Assembly (NCBI GenBank): GCA_937903605.1
Contig: CALCZC010000025.1
Span: forward strand, 281,372-345,371
Source of the DNA: an uncultured bacterium
GTDB taxonomy: Bacteria; Patescibacteriota; Patescibacteriia; Magasanikbacterales; GWA2-37-8
DNA length: 64,000 nucleotides
Direction of reading: 5' to 3'
A model generated the notes under the pieces. The model saw only the letters and a list, made by a program, of their open reading frames with translations, was not told where the DNA came from and ran no database searches. Shown here one piece after another: positions 35,760 through 45,519 of the stretch. The position numbers were made by a program, and so were the translations under genes. Positions within the stretch are counted from its first letter, which is position 1, and every line of letters begins with the position of its first letter.

Positions 35760-36143
35760 GTTATTTACTCCTGTTTATATAAATTTATAATGTACAATTT
35801 AATAGGAAATTATAAAATAAGATAGGAAGAAAGTCAAGGGCTGGCAAAAAAATACAACCTCTATATTTTGAATTTTTGAAATATATCTGGTTGACTCATG
35901 GAAAAAAAATTGATAAAATATGGCCGGACCTTTATCAAAGGAGGGAAAAATGGACCCACAAAAAAGAAAAGTGGATACCCTGGGAGATCCAGATGACAAT
36001 TTGGTCATCCAAGAAAAAGATAAGGGACAGGAACACCCTGACCCAGAAGAGTAATTTAAAACCGGCTTTTATGCCGGTTTTTATATCTGTTAAATTGACT
36101 TATTTTATTTTCTATGATAAAATCTGAAACAACAAAATCCTTT

Positions 36144-36228
36144 GGAGAGGTCGCCTAGTGGTCGATGGCGCACGCTTGGAAAGCGTGTAAACCGAAAGGT
36201 TTCGAGGGTTCGAATCCCTCTCTCTCCG
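36144..36228 (+). tRNA. tRNA-Ser (anticodon GGA), class II with long variable arm, CCA not encoded
   Basis: GGAGAGG-TC-GCC-TAGTGGTCGAT-GGC-G-CACGC-TTGGAAA-GCGTG-TAAACCGAAAGGTTTC-GAGGG-TTCGAAT-CCCTC-TCTCTCC-G. Three-base-pair D stem and long extra arm are typical of tRNA-Ser. A terminator TACCAGAT-taa-TCTGGTA plus T-run follows at 36239-36262. Confidence 0.85.
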
Positions 36229-36269
36229 CTTTAAAAAATACCAGATTAATCTGGTATTTTTTAAATTAG

Positions 36270-36496
36270 AAAGTTGAAAAGGGATTCGAACGGGAAAGGG
36301 AGAAAACGGGAGTTTTCTCTTGCTGAGGAAAGGTATTGGAAAACCCGAAGGTTTTCCAAGGAGGAGCGAAGCGACGACTTCAAATAGCGAAGCGCCCTCT
36401 CTCACCGCCACGCTAAGCGTGGCATTTGAGACGCTGCGCGTCTCGCCAAAATGTCATGATAATTATTACCATTCTTTGCATAGAATGGTTTTTTAT
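36270..36496. repeat. GC-rich cluster of hairpins and short direct repeats ending in a hairpin terminator
   Basis: Hairpins: GGAAAACC-cgaa-GGTTTTCC, CCACGC-taa-GCGTGG, GAGACGC-tgc-GCGTCTC. Direct repeat AGCGAAGCG x2. Terminator CCATTCT-ttgcat-AGAATGG plus T-run. The cluster abuts the stop of the LOG gene. Confidence 0.45.
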
Positions 36497-36497
36497 T

Positions 36498-37820
36498 TTA
36501 CAAATACTGTTCCAATTCTTCCGGACTATCTATAATATTTATTAACTCTTTATCACCTTGGCTGATAGTTTTAAAATCAGAATATAGTTTATTTATAATA
36601 TCCCGCATTGGTTTCCAAAAATCTTTTCCGTATAAAACAACTTTGACCCCAGACATTTTATTCGTTTCCATCAAGGTTAAAATTTCAAATAAATTATGCA
36701 TAGTACCAAGTGATCCTGGAAAAAATACCAGAACTTCTGATGACGCCATCAAAGTCATCTTACGCACAAAAGGAAAAGAAAATCCTATGGTTTGATTAGT
36801 AAACTTATTGAGCATTTCTTTGCTTTTCATTTTCATAAACACACCTATGCTTTTACCACTGTTTTCTATCGCTCCTTTATTGGTGGCTTCCATAATTCCT
36901 GTCCCCCCACCGGTAATAGTGATATAACTATTTTTTGCTAATATTTTACCGACTTCGTAAGCATCTTCATAGTATTTTGTTTTAGCTTTTATTTCTTTTG
37001 TACCTAAAACTGTCACACTTTTCATCGGAACATTATCAGTTAAAAAATCAAAACTATTTACCAATTCAGCCATTATTCTAAACATTCTCCAATTTATATC
37101 CCCTCTTAGATAAGGGTTATCTGTAGTTTCTGATTCTATCGAAGTAACATCTTCAGTATTTTTAAGAATTTCAAAAGCTTCGTCGGCTGTTTCCACTATA
37201 TGCCAAGAATTAATTTCTTCTTCTTTTACCGCTTTAATTTTTTCAGCCGACTGTTGGCGCACAAAATCAACTATCGGTTGCCAGAACTCTTTGCCTACTA
37301 GAATTATCGGTGATCTTTGCATTTGCCCCATTTCCATGGCATCTACCACTTCAAAAAATTCATCCATTGTTCCAAAACCTCCGGGAAAAAATACAAAGCC
37401 ATTGGCTGGGGCGGTCAACATTACTTTACGAGTATAAAAATATTCAAAAGCAATCGCTTTTTTAACATAAGGATTTATACGTTGTTCAAAAGGAAGTTGA
37501 ATGTTCAGTCCGATGCTTTCTCCGCCGGCTTCATAAGCACCTTTATTACCAGCTTCCATAATTCCCGGACCGCCTCCGGTTAAAACAGAAAAATTAGCTC
37601 TGGCCAATTTATAACCGAGCTCCTGCGCAATTTTATAATACTTATTATTGCTTGGTAAACGAGCTGAACCTAAAATAGTCACTTCTTTTTTAATTTCTTT
37701 TAAAAATTTTAAACCCTCTATCATTTCTGCCACCATGCTAAAAATTTTCCAACTGTCTCGAAAATTAACTAGCTGGCCGCCAGTGATTAGGGGTTGACCG
37801 TTGTTTTTATTATTAGACAT
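36498..37820 (-). CDS. tandem LOG-family (TIGR00730, cytokinin-riboside-5'-phosphate phosphoribohydrolase-like) protein, two fused LOG domains
   Basis: Both halves show LOG motifs (…ILGSARLPSNNKYY…TGGGPGIMEAGNKGA… and …GGGTGIMEATNKGA…). 440 aa is about twice a single LOG. Confidence 0.75.
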   Translation of the reverse strand: MSNNKNNGQPLITGGQLVNFRDSWKIFSMVAEMIEGLKFLKEIKKEVTILGSARLPSNNKYYKIAQELGYKLARANFSVLTGGGPGIMEAGNKGAYEAGGESIGLNIQLPFEQRINPYVKKAIAFEYFYTRKVMLTAPANGFVFFPGGFGTMDEFFEVVDAMEMGQMQRSPIILVGKEFWQPIVDFVRQQSAEKIKAVKEEEINSWHIVETADEAFEILKNTEDVTSIESETTDNPYLRGDINWRMFRIMAELVNSFDFLTDNVPMKSVTVLGTKEIKAKTKYYEDAYEVGKILAKNSYITITGGGTGIMEATNKGAIENSGKSIGVFMKMKSKEMLNKFTNQTIGFSFPFVRKMTLMASSEVLVFFPGSLGTMHNLFEILTLMETNKMSGVKVVLYGKDFWKPMRDIINKLYSDFKTISQGDKELINIIDSPEELEQYL

Positions 37821-37910
37821 ATAAAGAAATATTGAATATTAAATATTGGATATTATTTCGTAATTTCGTAATTTTTCGTAAGTTCGTAAGTAGTTATTAA
37901 TCTTTTAATT

Positions 37911-39344
37911 TCATTCTGTAAGATTTTTCGCAATTTGCATCAACAATCCCTCTTCCATTTTATTTCCAATCAGCTGTGTTCCTATCGGTAGCCCGCTTTT
38001 GGTAAACCCAGTTGGTACGGACAAAGCCGGGTATCCTGCAACTGCTGCCGGCGACAACATCACATCCGCCAAATACATCTGCATTGGATCATCTTTTTTT
38101 TCTCCCAAAGAAAAAGCTGGAAATGGTGAGGTTGGAGTAATGAGTAAATCAACTTTTTCAAAAACTTTTTCAAAATCTTTTTTTATGAGTGTGCGTACTT
38201 TTTGTGCTTTTTTATAATAAGCATCATAATAACCGGCAGATAGGGCATAAGTCCCTATCAAAATACGCCTTTTAACCTCTTCGTGAAAACCAGCAGCTTT
38301 GGATAAAGAATAAGTCTCATCCAAATTTTTGGCTTTTTTATCACGCATACCATAACGAATACCATCCAAACGAGCCATGTTGGAACTATCTTCACTTGGA
38401 ACGAGAATATAATAAACCGCCATAGCATATTTGGTATATGGTAAACTTACTTCAACTATTTTTATTCCTTCTTTTTTCAATTTTTCAATTTGCGCTAAAA
38501 TATTTTCCTTTATTTCTTTATTGATACCTTCTATCTCAAAATATTCTTTTGGTACACCAACAACCAAATCTTTTTTAATTTTATTTTCAACTATTTTTTC
38601 ATAGTTATCAACAACGGATAAAACAGAAGTCGAATCTTTTTCATCTTTTCCGGACATAAAACTCAAAACTATTGCTAAATCCTGTGCTGTTCGTGCCATC
38701 GGACCGACCACGTCAAGTGATGAAGCCATCGGCATGACACCAAATCTAGAATTGCGCCCATAAGTCGGACGTAGACCAAAAACTCCGCAAAAACTGGCTG
38801 GTTGACGAATAGATCCACCGGTATCCTCGGCAATAGAAAAAAAACACATATGATCAGCTACACTGGCTGCACTTCCTCCGGAACTACCACCACTAACTTT
38901 ATTTAGATCAAAAGGGTTCTTAACAGCACCGTACATACTATTTTCATTACTAGCACCATGTCCGAAAGAATCACAATTTGTTTTTCCTATCAAAACTCCA
39001 CCGGCTTTTCTAATTTTTTCCACTACCGTGGCTTCAAAAGAAGGAATATAATTGTCTAAAATTTTAGCCGCAGCAGTTGAACGAACTCCTTTGGTAACAA
39101 TAGAATCTTTGACGGAAAAAGGGATTCCAGTCAAAATAGTCGCTTTATCATTTTGAATCATCTCATCGGCCAGTTTGGCTTCTGCCAAGGCTTTATCCTC
39201 ACACACAGTAATGAAAGCATTTATTTCTTTGTTTTTCTTTTTAATCTGCGCCAAACAAGCCTTTGTCAAATCAACACTGGTGAATTCTTTTTTTCGCAAA
39301 CCTTCATAAGCCTCTTTAATTGTAAGTTTGTTGAGTTCTCTCAT
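37911..39344 (-). CDS. gatA: Asp-tRNA(Asn)/Glu-tRNA(Gln) amidotransferase subunit A
   Basis: Amidase signature GGSSGGSAASVA. 477 aa. Located directly downstream of gatC. Confidence 0.9.
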   Translation of the reverse strand: MRELNKLTIKEAYEGLRKKEFTSVDLTKACLAQIKKKNKEINAFITVCEDKALAEAKLADEMIQNDKATILTGIPFSVKDSIVTKGVRSTAAAKILDNYIPSFEATVVEKIRKAGGVLIGKTNCDSFGHGASNENSMYGAVKNPFDLNKVSGGSSGGSAASVADHMCFFSIAEDTGGSIRQPASFCGVFGLRPTYGRNSRFGVMPMASSLDVVGPMARTAQDLAIVLSFMSGKDEKDSTSVLSVVDNYEKIVENKIKKDLVVGVPKEYFEIEGINKEIKENILAQIEKLKKEGIKIVEVSLPYTKYAMAVYYILVPSEDSSNMARLDGIRYGMRDKKAKNLDETYSLSKAAGFHEEVKRRILIGTYALSAGYYDAYYKKAQKVRTLIKKDFEKVFEKVDLLITPTSPFPAFSLGEKKDDPMQMYLADVMLSPAAVAGYPALSVPTGFTKSGLPIGTQLIGNKMEEGLLMQIAKNLTE

Positions 39345-39346
39345 AA

Positions 39347-39637
39347 TTAATCATTATCAAAAACACCCGGGACTACTAACATACCGGCATATTTTTGCGG
39401 GAATTGTTCTATCAATTCTGTCCCATAATCACATTTTTTTGCCTTATCTTCTCGCCAAATATTTTTTAATTCATTTACTTCAAATGTTGGCTCGATATCT
39501 TCTGTATCAACTTCATTAAGAATTTTCATATATTCAAAAACCGCCGAAATAGTTTTGGCATGTCTTTCTTCTTCTTGAGCCGTGAGTTTAATTTTTGCCA
39601 AAGCGGCTATTTTTCTGACTTCTTCTATAGTTAACAT
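39347..39637 (-). CDS. gatC: Asp-tRNA(Asn)/Glu-tRNA(Gln) amidotransferase subunit C
   Basis: MLTIEEVRKIAALAKIKLTAQEEERHAKTISAVFEYMKILNEVDTEDIEP…, 96 aa. The gatC-gatA order is kept; gatB is not in the window. Confidence 0.85.
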   Translation of the reverse strand: MLTIEEVRKIAALAKIKLTAQEEERHAKTISAVFEYMKILNEVDTEDIEPTFEVNELKNIWREDKAKKCDYGTELIEQFPQKYAGMLVVPGVFDND

Positions 39638-39638
39638 T

Positions 39639-41078
39639 TTAAATTTCTTTAACTACTAAAAAATTAACTTTACCTTGCAATCCAACCGGTTCACCGCCAA
39701 TCATTACTGCCAAATCCCCTTTATTACTAATTTTATGATGTCGAACATAGTTAACAAAACCGCGGGTCAAATCCTCTACATTTTTACATTTATTCAAAAC
39801 AAAAGGTATTACTCCCCAAGAAAAGCAAAGCTGACGACATCCGCGCACAGTTTCTGTTCCTACCAAAACTTTTTTTTCTGAGCGAAAACGACTAACTAAT
39901 CTACCGGTCTTACCGGTAGAAGAAGCCACCAAAATAATTTTTGCATTTATTTTTTTGGCTAACATTGGTGTCAAACTGGAAATAGATTTACTAATAGAGG
40001 TGCTTTCTTTATAGGACATAATATTGAAATCGTCATATTTTGATTTTTCGGTTTCAATAATTATTTTTTTCATAGTTTCAACCACCAAAACCGGATGTTT
40101 ACCCACTGCTGTTTCGTTGCTAAGCATCAAAGCATCGGCATGATCGATAACTGCATTGGCCACATCAGTTATTTCCGCACGGGTCGGACGAATTTTTTCT
40201 TGCATTGAATCAAGCATTTGAGTGGCGACAATAACCGGTTTAGTAGCTTCATTGGCTTTATCCACTATTTTCTTTTGTAAAAGCGGTAATTGTGACATAT
40301 CTGTTTCCATAGCCAAATCACCGCGGGCCACCATCACCCCATCGGTTTCCGCAATAATTTCATCCAGATTATCAATAGCTTCATGCTGTTCTATTTTTGA
40401 AACGATAAAAATTGGTTGTTCACTTTTAATTTTAAACTTTTTTTCATAAGACATGATAAATTTTCTAACCTGAGTAATATCAGAAACGGTTTTCACAAAA
40501 GATAATGCCACAGCATCCACTCCTAATTTTATACCGAATTTCAAATCTTGTTTATCTTTTTCACTCAAGGCTGGAATTCCCGTTAAATCAGAATGTGGCA
40601 AATTGACACCTTTGTGAGAAAAAATTACTCCACCTTGAATTGTTTTGCATTTTATTTTTTTACCTTTTACTTCTTCTACTCTTAATTCAATATTACCATC
40701 GTCTATCAATACTCGATCACCTTTTTTCAATTTTTTTTCCAATCCCGGATAAATAAGAGGGATTTCTTGATCCTTAAAATTTTTTTCTCCGACCGCAATA
40801 ACAACTTTTTGACCGTCTAAAATTTTTACTCCGGTTTCCGGCATTTCACCGATACGAATTTTTGGGCCTTGCAAATCTTGCATGACCGCTACAGGAATAT
40901 TTAAATTTTTTTCCGCTTGACGAATACTTTTTATCAAAGCGGCATGATTTTCATAAGAACCGTGAGAAAAATTCAGCCGGAAGACATTAACTCCGGCTTT
41001 TATCATTTTTTCTATTGTCTTATAATCTTGACTACTCGGACCAAGAGTGGCGACTATTTTAGTTTTTTTCTCGAACAT
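39639..41078 (-). CDS. pyk: pyruvate kinase
   Basis: MFEKKTKIVATLGPSSQDYKTIEKMIKAGVNVFRLNFSHGSYENH…, 479 aa. Confidence 0.9.
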   Translation of the reverse strand: MFEKKTKIVATLGPSSQDYKTIEKMIKAGVNVFRLNFSHGSYENHAALIKSIRQAEKNLNIPVAVMQDLQGPKIRIGEMPETGVKILDGQKVVIAVGEKNFKDQEIPLIYPGLEKKLKKGDRVLIDDGNIELRVEEVKGKKIKCKTIQGGVIFSHKGVNLPHSDLTGIPALSEKDKQDLKFGIKLGVDAVALSFVKTVSDITQVRKFIMSYEKKFKIKSEQPIFIVSKIEQHEAIDNLDEIIAETDGVMVARGDLAMETDMSQLPLLQKKIVDKANEATKPVIVATQMLDSMQEKIRPTRAEITDVANAVIDHADALMLSNETAVGKHPVLVVETMKKIIIETEKSKYDDFNIMSYKESTSISKSISSLTPMLAKKINAKIILVASSTGKTGRLVSRFRSEKKVLVGTETVRGCRQLCFSWGVIPFVLNKCKNVEDLTRGFVNYVRHHKISNKGDLAVMIGGEPVGLQGKVNFLVVKEI

Positions 41079-41089
41079 AAATAATTAAT

Positions 41090-41494
41090 TTAACGTAACA
41101 AAGCTTTTATTTGTTCTTGTTTAGCTTGATCTATGGGAAACTGTTTTAAAAAATTATCTAAAAAAGCTTCTTGTGAAACATTTCCTTCTTTAGAGCTTCC
41201 TGCCCCGGAAAAAATATCAGCCGCTTTTAGTAAGTTATTAATACCGGGTAAAAGATAAAAAAATCCAACTATCAAAGGTATAATTATGATTAAAATTTTC
41301 AAATAATTAAAAATAGAAGACCATAAAAGTTTCCTGTTTATTTTACGATTCTGTTCATAAATAATCTGAGACCACTTTAAGTTATTGGTTAAAAGTTCAT
41401 TAATTTTTTCTAATGTCACCGGTTCTTCCGTCTTTTTTTCCGAAACCAAATCTTCGGTGGCTTTACTTTCTTCTTTTTGTTCTTCGTTTTTCAT
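41090..41494 (-). CDS. hypothetical membrane protein (134 aa)
   Basis: Charged N-terminus and one TM helix (ILIIIIPLIVGFFYLL). No motif recognised. Confidence 0.45.
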   Translation of the reverse strand: MKNEEQKEESKATEDLVSEKKTEEPVTLEKINELLTNNLKWSQIIYEQNRKINRKLLWSSIFNYLKILIIIIPLIVGFFYLLPGINNLLKAADIFSGAGSSKEGNVSQEAFLDNFLKQFPIDQAKQEQIKALLR

Positions 41495-41500
41495 ACTATT

Positions 41501-41956
41501 TTATTTTTTCTCTAAAATTTTTTTTGCTTCTTTTTCAAAATTTTTTACATCCTTAAAATCTCTATAAACACTGGCAAAGCGAATATAAGCGACTTTATCG
41601 AAATTTTTCAAATGTTTCATCGCCAACTCCCCCAGTTCTTTACTGGTTATTTCTCTTTTTTTCTTTTTTTGAATATCCCGTTCAATAGCATGGATAAGTT
41701 TACTAAAAGACTCTTCTGTATAGGAACGTTTCGTAAGAGGTATACGTAAACTTTTTTCCAATTTGTCTCTCATATAGGCTTCTCTGCGGCCGTCATTTTT
41801 AGTTACCACCAAATCCAGCAATTCTATCTCTTCAACTGTAGAAAAACGGTAGCGACATTTGTCACATTCTCTACGACGACGAACAATCATCCCGTCGTTA
41901 CTCGGACGTGAATCTACAACAGAAGTTTCTTTATTATTACAAACAGGACAATACAT
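41501..41956 (-). CDS. nrdR: transcriptional repressor NrdR
   Basis: MYCPVCNNKETSVVDSRPSNDGMIVRRRRECDKCRYRFSTVEE… shows the zinc ribbon and ATP-cone. The start is placed at the ATG at 41954-41956 (MYCPVC), 4 nt after the ftsZ stop, rather than the longer ORF-track start that overlaps ftsZ. Confidence 0.85.
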   Translation of the reverse strand: MYCPVCNNKETSVVDSRPSNDGMIVRRRRECDKCRYRFSTVEEIELLDLVVTKNDGRREAYMRDKLEKSLRIPLTKRSYTEESFSKLIHAIERDIQKKKKREITSKELGELAMKHLKNFDKVAYIRFASVYRDFKDVKNFEKEAKKILEKK

Positions 41957-41960
41957 AACT

Positions 41961-43313
41961 TTAATTATTACCCATTTTTTTTCGTATAAAGGCCGGTATT
42001 TCCAATTCGTTATTTTCTTCTTCACTAGCACTAGCGGTATTTATTGCGCTATTTTTAAAATTATCTGGCTGAACAAAGCTTTTATTTGTCGGATTGATAG
42101 GAGATCTCTTAAATCCTGAAAATTCCTCTTCTTTTTCTTTATTAACTTTATGAAAGCCGCCAAAAAAATTACCTAGACCACCACTTTCTTTTTCTTTGAC
42201 CACGTTGCTTGAAGCAGAGAAATTATTTTTCTTTATCAATTCATCAAATTTTTTTTCTTCTTCTTCTTTTATTTTTTGTACTTTAAATCTATCAGGGGTT
42301 GAAACTCCCGAATAAACAGGGCGAACAGAAATTTCATCTTCTGCCGCCAAATAGCGACGTTGATCTTCAAAACCAGTAGCAATAACGGTAATCTTGATTT
42401 TCCCTTTCATTTCTTCATCAATAGTGACGCCAAATATTACTTTAGCATCTTCAGAAGCCGAAGATGTGATTATTTTGGCCGCTTCATCTATCTCATGCAT
42501 CATCAAATCAGGCCCACCAGTAACAGTGAATAAAATCCCGGAAGCGCCGTCAATGGAGAGCTCCAAGAGCGGTGAAGAAATTGCCGCTTTGGCCGCTTCT
42601 GTTGCTTTGTTTTCACCTTCTCCTAAACCAATGCCCATCAAAGCCGAACCAGTATCTTGCATAATAGTTTTTACATCGGCAAAATCCACATTTATCATCC
42701 CATGTACAGTAATAGAATCAGAAATACCTTGTACACCTTGGCGTAAAACATCATCAACTATATTAAAGGCATCTAAAAGCGAAGTTTTTTTATCAATAAC
42801 TTGCATTACCTTGTCGTTTGGGACAGTAATAATAGTGTCAACATATTTAGCTAAATCTTCCCAAGATTTTTCTGCAATATCTCTACGTTTTGGACCTTCA
42901 AAAGAAAATGGTTTTGTAACGACCGCTACTGTCAAAGCTCCTAATTCTTTGGCAATTTCCGCAACTACCGGTGAAGCTCCAGAACCGGTTCCTCCTCCCA
43001 AACCACAAGTGATAAAAACCATATCAGCATCTTTGAGCGCTTCTCTGATTTCGTTTTGAGATTCTTCGGCAGCGCGACGTCCAATAAGAGGATCCATTCC
43101 GGCACCCAAACCTCTGGTAACAGATTTACCGATATGTATTTTTTGTGGAGCACTATTATGATGGAGAGCCTGGACATCGGTGTTCATGACTATAAAATCA
43201 ACACCGCGAATTCTAGCGGCCATCATCCTGTTTACAGCTGAACCCCCTGACCCACCTACACCGACAACTTTAATTTTAGCAAAAGTCTCGAGTTCCGGTT
43301 TAACTTGTGGCAT
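41961..43313 (-). CDS. ftsZ: cell division GTPase FtsZ
   Basis: Tubulin signature GGGTGSGASPVVAEIAKE. 450 aa with a disordered C-terminal tail. Confidence 0.95.
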   Translation of the reverse strand: MPQVKPELETFAKIKVVGVGGSGGSAVNRMMAARIRGVDFIVMNTDVQALHHNSAPQKIHIGKSVTRGLGAGMDPLIGRRAAEESQNEIREALKDADMVFITCGLGGGTGSGASPVVAEIAKELGALTVAVVTKPFSFEGPKRRDIAEKSWEDLAKYVDTIITVPNDKVMQVIDKKTSLLDAFNIVDDVLRQGVQGISDSITVHGMINVDFADVKTIMQDTGSALMGIGLGEGENKATEAAKAAISSPLLELSIDGASGILFTVTGGPDLMMHEIDEAAKIITSSASEDAKVIFGVTIDEEMKGKIKITVIATGFEDQRRYLAAEDEISVRPVYSGVSTPDRFKVQKIKEEEEKKFDELIKKNNFSASSNVVKEKESGGLGNFFGGFHKVNKEKEEEFSGFKRSPINPTNKSFVQPDNFKNSAINTASASEEENNELEIPAFIRKKMGNN

Positions 43314-43421
43314 AAACTTTTTCTTAGAAAACGAACACTTTTTGTGTTCGTTTTTTTAATTATTTATTAAAAAGAATTATGTACCTATTTTATAATTTAT
43401 CACGTATACTGTCAAGAAAAT

Positions 43422-44660
43422 TTATAAACTAAATTTACTAAAAATACCCTTAATTTTATCTTTCAAATTTTTGTGATTATAAACCTGCTGTTCCATAATA
43501 TAATCAGCCCCCCACTTGACCAAACTTATCGCTGTTGCATAAGAAGGGTCATTGATTTTATCTGTAGCAGAAATCAAGCCGTGCGGTAAACCCAATGAAG
43601 CCGGTAATCTGAGATATTTTCTACTTATTTCCAAAATTCCCGGTAATTTAGAAGTTCCGCCGATGAACACCGCTCCTGCCGGCAACATACCGCTTTTGCC
43701 TATTTTTTTCAATTCTTTATCGATCAAAAACATTATTTCTTCCACTCGCGCAGCGATAATCATAGCCATTTCTTTTTCTTTTATTTTATCGTGCTCTAGA
43801 GATCCAAATTCAAATAAATCATATTCTCCTTTTCCACTCAACGACTCACTTGTACAATTTCCGTATTCAACTTTCAATTTTTCCACCACATCAACATGAT
43901 TTCTCAAACCTACAGCCAAATCATTTGTAATATGCATCCCGCCAATAGGTATCACTGCGAGATGGAGTAATTCCCCATCCTCGTAAACTATCAAGGAAGT
44001 TGTTGTGGCTCCAATATTGATCAAAGCAACCCCCAATTCTTTTTGTTTTTGACCCAAGACCGTGTCAGCGGCTGCAATAAGAGACAATATCATTCCATCT
44101 ATGTCTATCCCGGTACGATAAACGGCCCTAGTCAAATTTTTAATTTGAGATGATTGGCCTAATAATATTTTTGTGTCCACTTCCAAGCGAACACCGGTCA
44201 TACCTACCGGTTCTTTTATTCCGCTTTGACCATCAACCATAAAAGATCTTGGAGTAACATGCAAAACCTCATAATTAAGCGGGGTAGCTACTGATTTGGA
44301 AGATTCTATAGCTCGCCATTTATCACTTTCGGTGATTTCGTTGTCTGCCTTGGAAACCACCGCGTAACCACGACTATTTTGAACAATGATTTGCGCCCCA
44401 GGAACCCCAACAAAAACACTTTCTATCGGATTACCGGTTATGTGTTCGGCAAGTTCTAGACATGAAGAAATAGAAGAAACCACGTCTTCGATATTGGTAA
44501 TAATGCCTTTATTTATACCCTCAGATGGTGTTTCAACACAGCCCAATATTTGAATTTCAGATAACCCCTTCTTATGTAAAATCAAATTACCAACAGCCAA
44601 ACGAACGGCCTGAGAGCCAATGTCCAAACCAACCAATAAATTTTGTAGATTCTTGCGCAT
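43422..44660 (-). CDS. ftsA: cell division protein FtsA
   Basis: Actin-like ATPase fold (VGLDIGSQAVRLAVG…). Located directly upstream of ftsZ. Confidence 0.9.
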   Translation of the reverse strand: MRKNLQNLLVGLDIGSQAVRLAVGNLILHKKGLSEIQILGCVETPSEGINKGIITNIEDVVSSISSCLELAEHITGNPIESVFVGVPGAQIIVQNSRGYAVVSKADNEITESDKWRAIESSKSVATPLNYEVLHVTPRSFMVDGQSGIKEPVGMTGVRLEVDTKILLGQSSQIKNLTRAVYRTGIDIDGMILSLIAAADTVLGQKQKELGVALINIGATTTSLIVYEDGELLHLAVIPIGGMHITNDLAVGLRNHVDVVEKLKVEYGNCTSESLSGKGEYDLFEFGSLEHDKIKEKEMAMIIAARVEEIMFLIDKELKKIGKSGMLPAGAVFIGGTSKLPGILEISRKYLRLPASLGLPHGLISATDKINDPSYATAISLVKWGADYIMEQQVYNHKNLKDKIKGIFSKFSL

Positions 44661-44664
44661 ATTT

Positions 44665-45063
44665 TTATTTTAGTTCTTGTATAACAGCACTCAAATAAGG
44701 CCAAAAAATTATTATTCCTACCAACAAAGCACCAAAAGCCATAGTTAACACGGCCGCCGCCATAACATCTTTTACGGCTTTTACATAATGATGAAGTCTG
44801 GGCTTTAAAAGATCGGTAAATTGTTCTAGTGCAGTATTCAAAATTTCCATTACTAAAACCATGATAACCAAAAGAATAACCACCACCCATTCCGATGTTC
44901 GTATTTTAAAAATATAAGCCAAAAATAAAGCAAATATTCCAAAAATTATCTGCAAACGAAAATTTGGCTCATTACGAAAAACAAAGGCCAGCCCTTCAAA
45001 GGCGGTTTTAAAACTTGAAAATATTCTTTTTAACGAAAACATATCCTGATATTTAATATTCAA
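44665..45063 (-). CDS. dgkA: diacylglycerol kinase / undecaprenol kinase family membrane protein
   Basis: …FKTAFEGLAFVFRNEPNFRLQIIFGIFALFLAY…EILNTALEQFTDLL… matches the prokaryotic DgkA pattern. Confidence 0.75.
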   Translation of the reverse strand: MNIKYQDMFSLKRIFSSFKTAFEGLAFVFRNEPNFRLQIIFGIFALFLAYIFKIRTSEWVVVILLVIMVLVMEILNTALEQFTDLLKPRLHHYVKAVKDVMAAAVLTMAFGALLVGIIIFWPYLSAVIQELK

Positions 45064-45497
45064 TATTTAATATTCAATATTTTTGAAATCATTGACTCTT
45101 GAAATTTAAACATTTTTTGTTCTTTTATAATTGTGTCATGATCGTATCCAACCAAATGCAGTAAACCGTGCACCAACATCCTGATAAATTCCTCTTTTTC
45201 GGAAACTTTATATTTTTTTGCCTGACTTTTAATTTGCGGGTAAGAAATAAAAATCTGTCCCAAAAAATCAGTTTTTATATTTTTATCTTCTTGAAAAGCA
45301 AAGGACAAAACATCGGTAGTTTTGTTTTTTCCGCGATAACAAAAATTTATTTTTTGCATTTCTTTATCATTTATTACCACAATTTCAACCTCGCCTTTGA
45401 AAAACTTGGTTTCTTTGGAAAAGAATTTAATCGTGTTTTCAATCAAACCCGATGTTATCGGGCAGTTTGTCTTCTTTAAATAATCAAAACCTATCAT
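45060..45497 (-). CDS. ybeY: rRNA maturation endoribonuclease YbeY
   Basis: HxxxHxxxxxH zinc motif HGLLHLVGYDH. 145 aa. It overlaps the dgkA start by 4 nt. Confidence 0.85.
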   Translation of the reverse strand: MIGFDYLKKTNCPITSGLIENTIKFFSKETKFFKGEVEIVVINDKEMQKINFCYRGKNKTTDVLSFAFQEDKNIKTDFLGQIFISYPQIKSQAKKYKVSEKEEFIRMLVHGLLHLVGYDHDTIIKEQKMFKFQESMISKILNIKY

Positions 45498-45519
45498 GAA
45501 ATATTTATTTTACTTATTA

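Noticed and set aside
35876-36127. 83-aa plus ORF (TTG start) reported by the ORF track
   Set aside because: Non-ATG start without an RBS. Hydrophobic/low-complexity C-terminus running through the terminator hairpin. It is superseded by the short SD-led peptide candidate in the neighbouring frame.
36270-36300. GGGATTCGAACGGG looked like a T-loop of a minus-strand tRNA
   Set aside because: Flanking sequence cannot form acceptor or T stems. No cloverleaf is possible.
44582-44890. 102-aa minus ORF overlapping ftsA/dgkA junction, and similar 60-130-aa antisense ORFs throughout (e.g. 8187-8567, 42394-43059, 48156-48635)
   Set aside because: They are antisense to or out of frame with strongly supported genes. 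They are low-complexity and lack an RBS.
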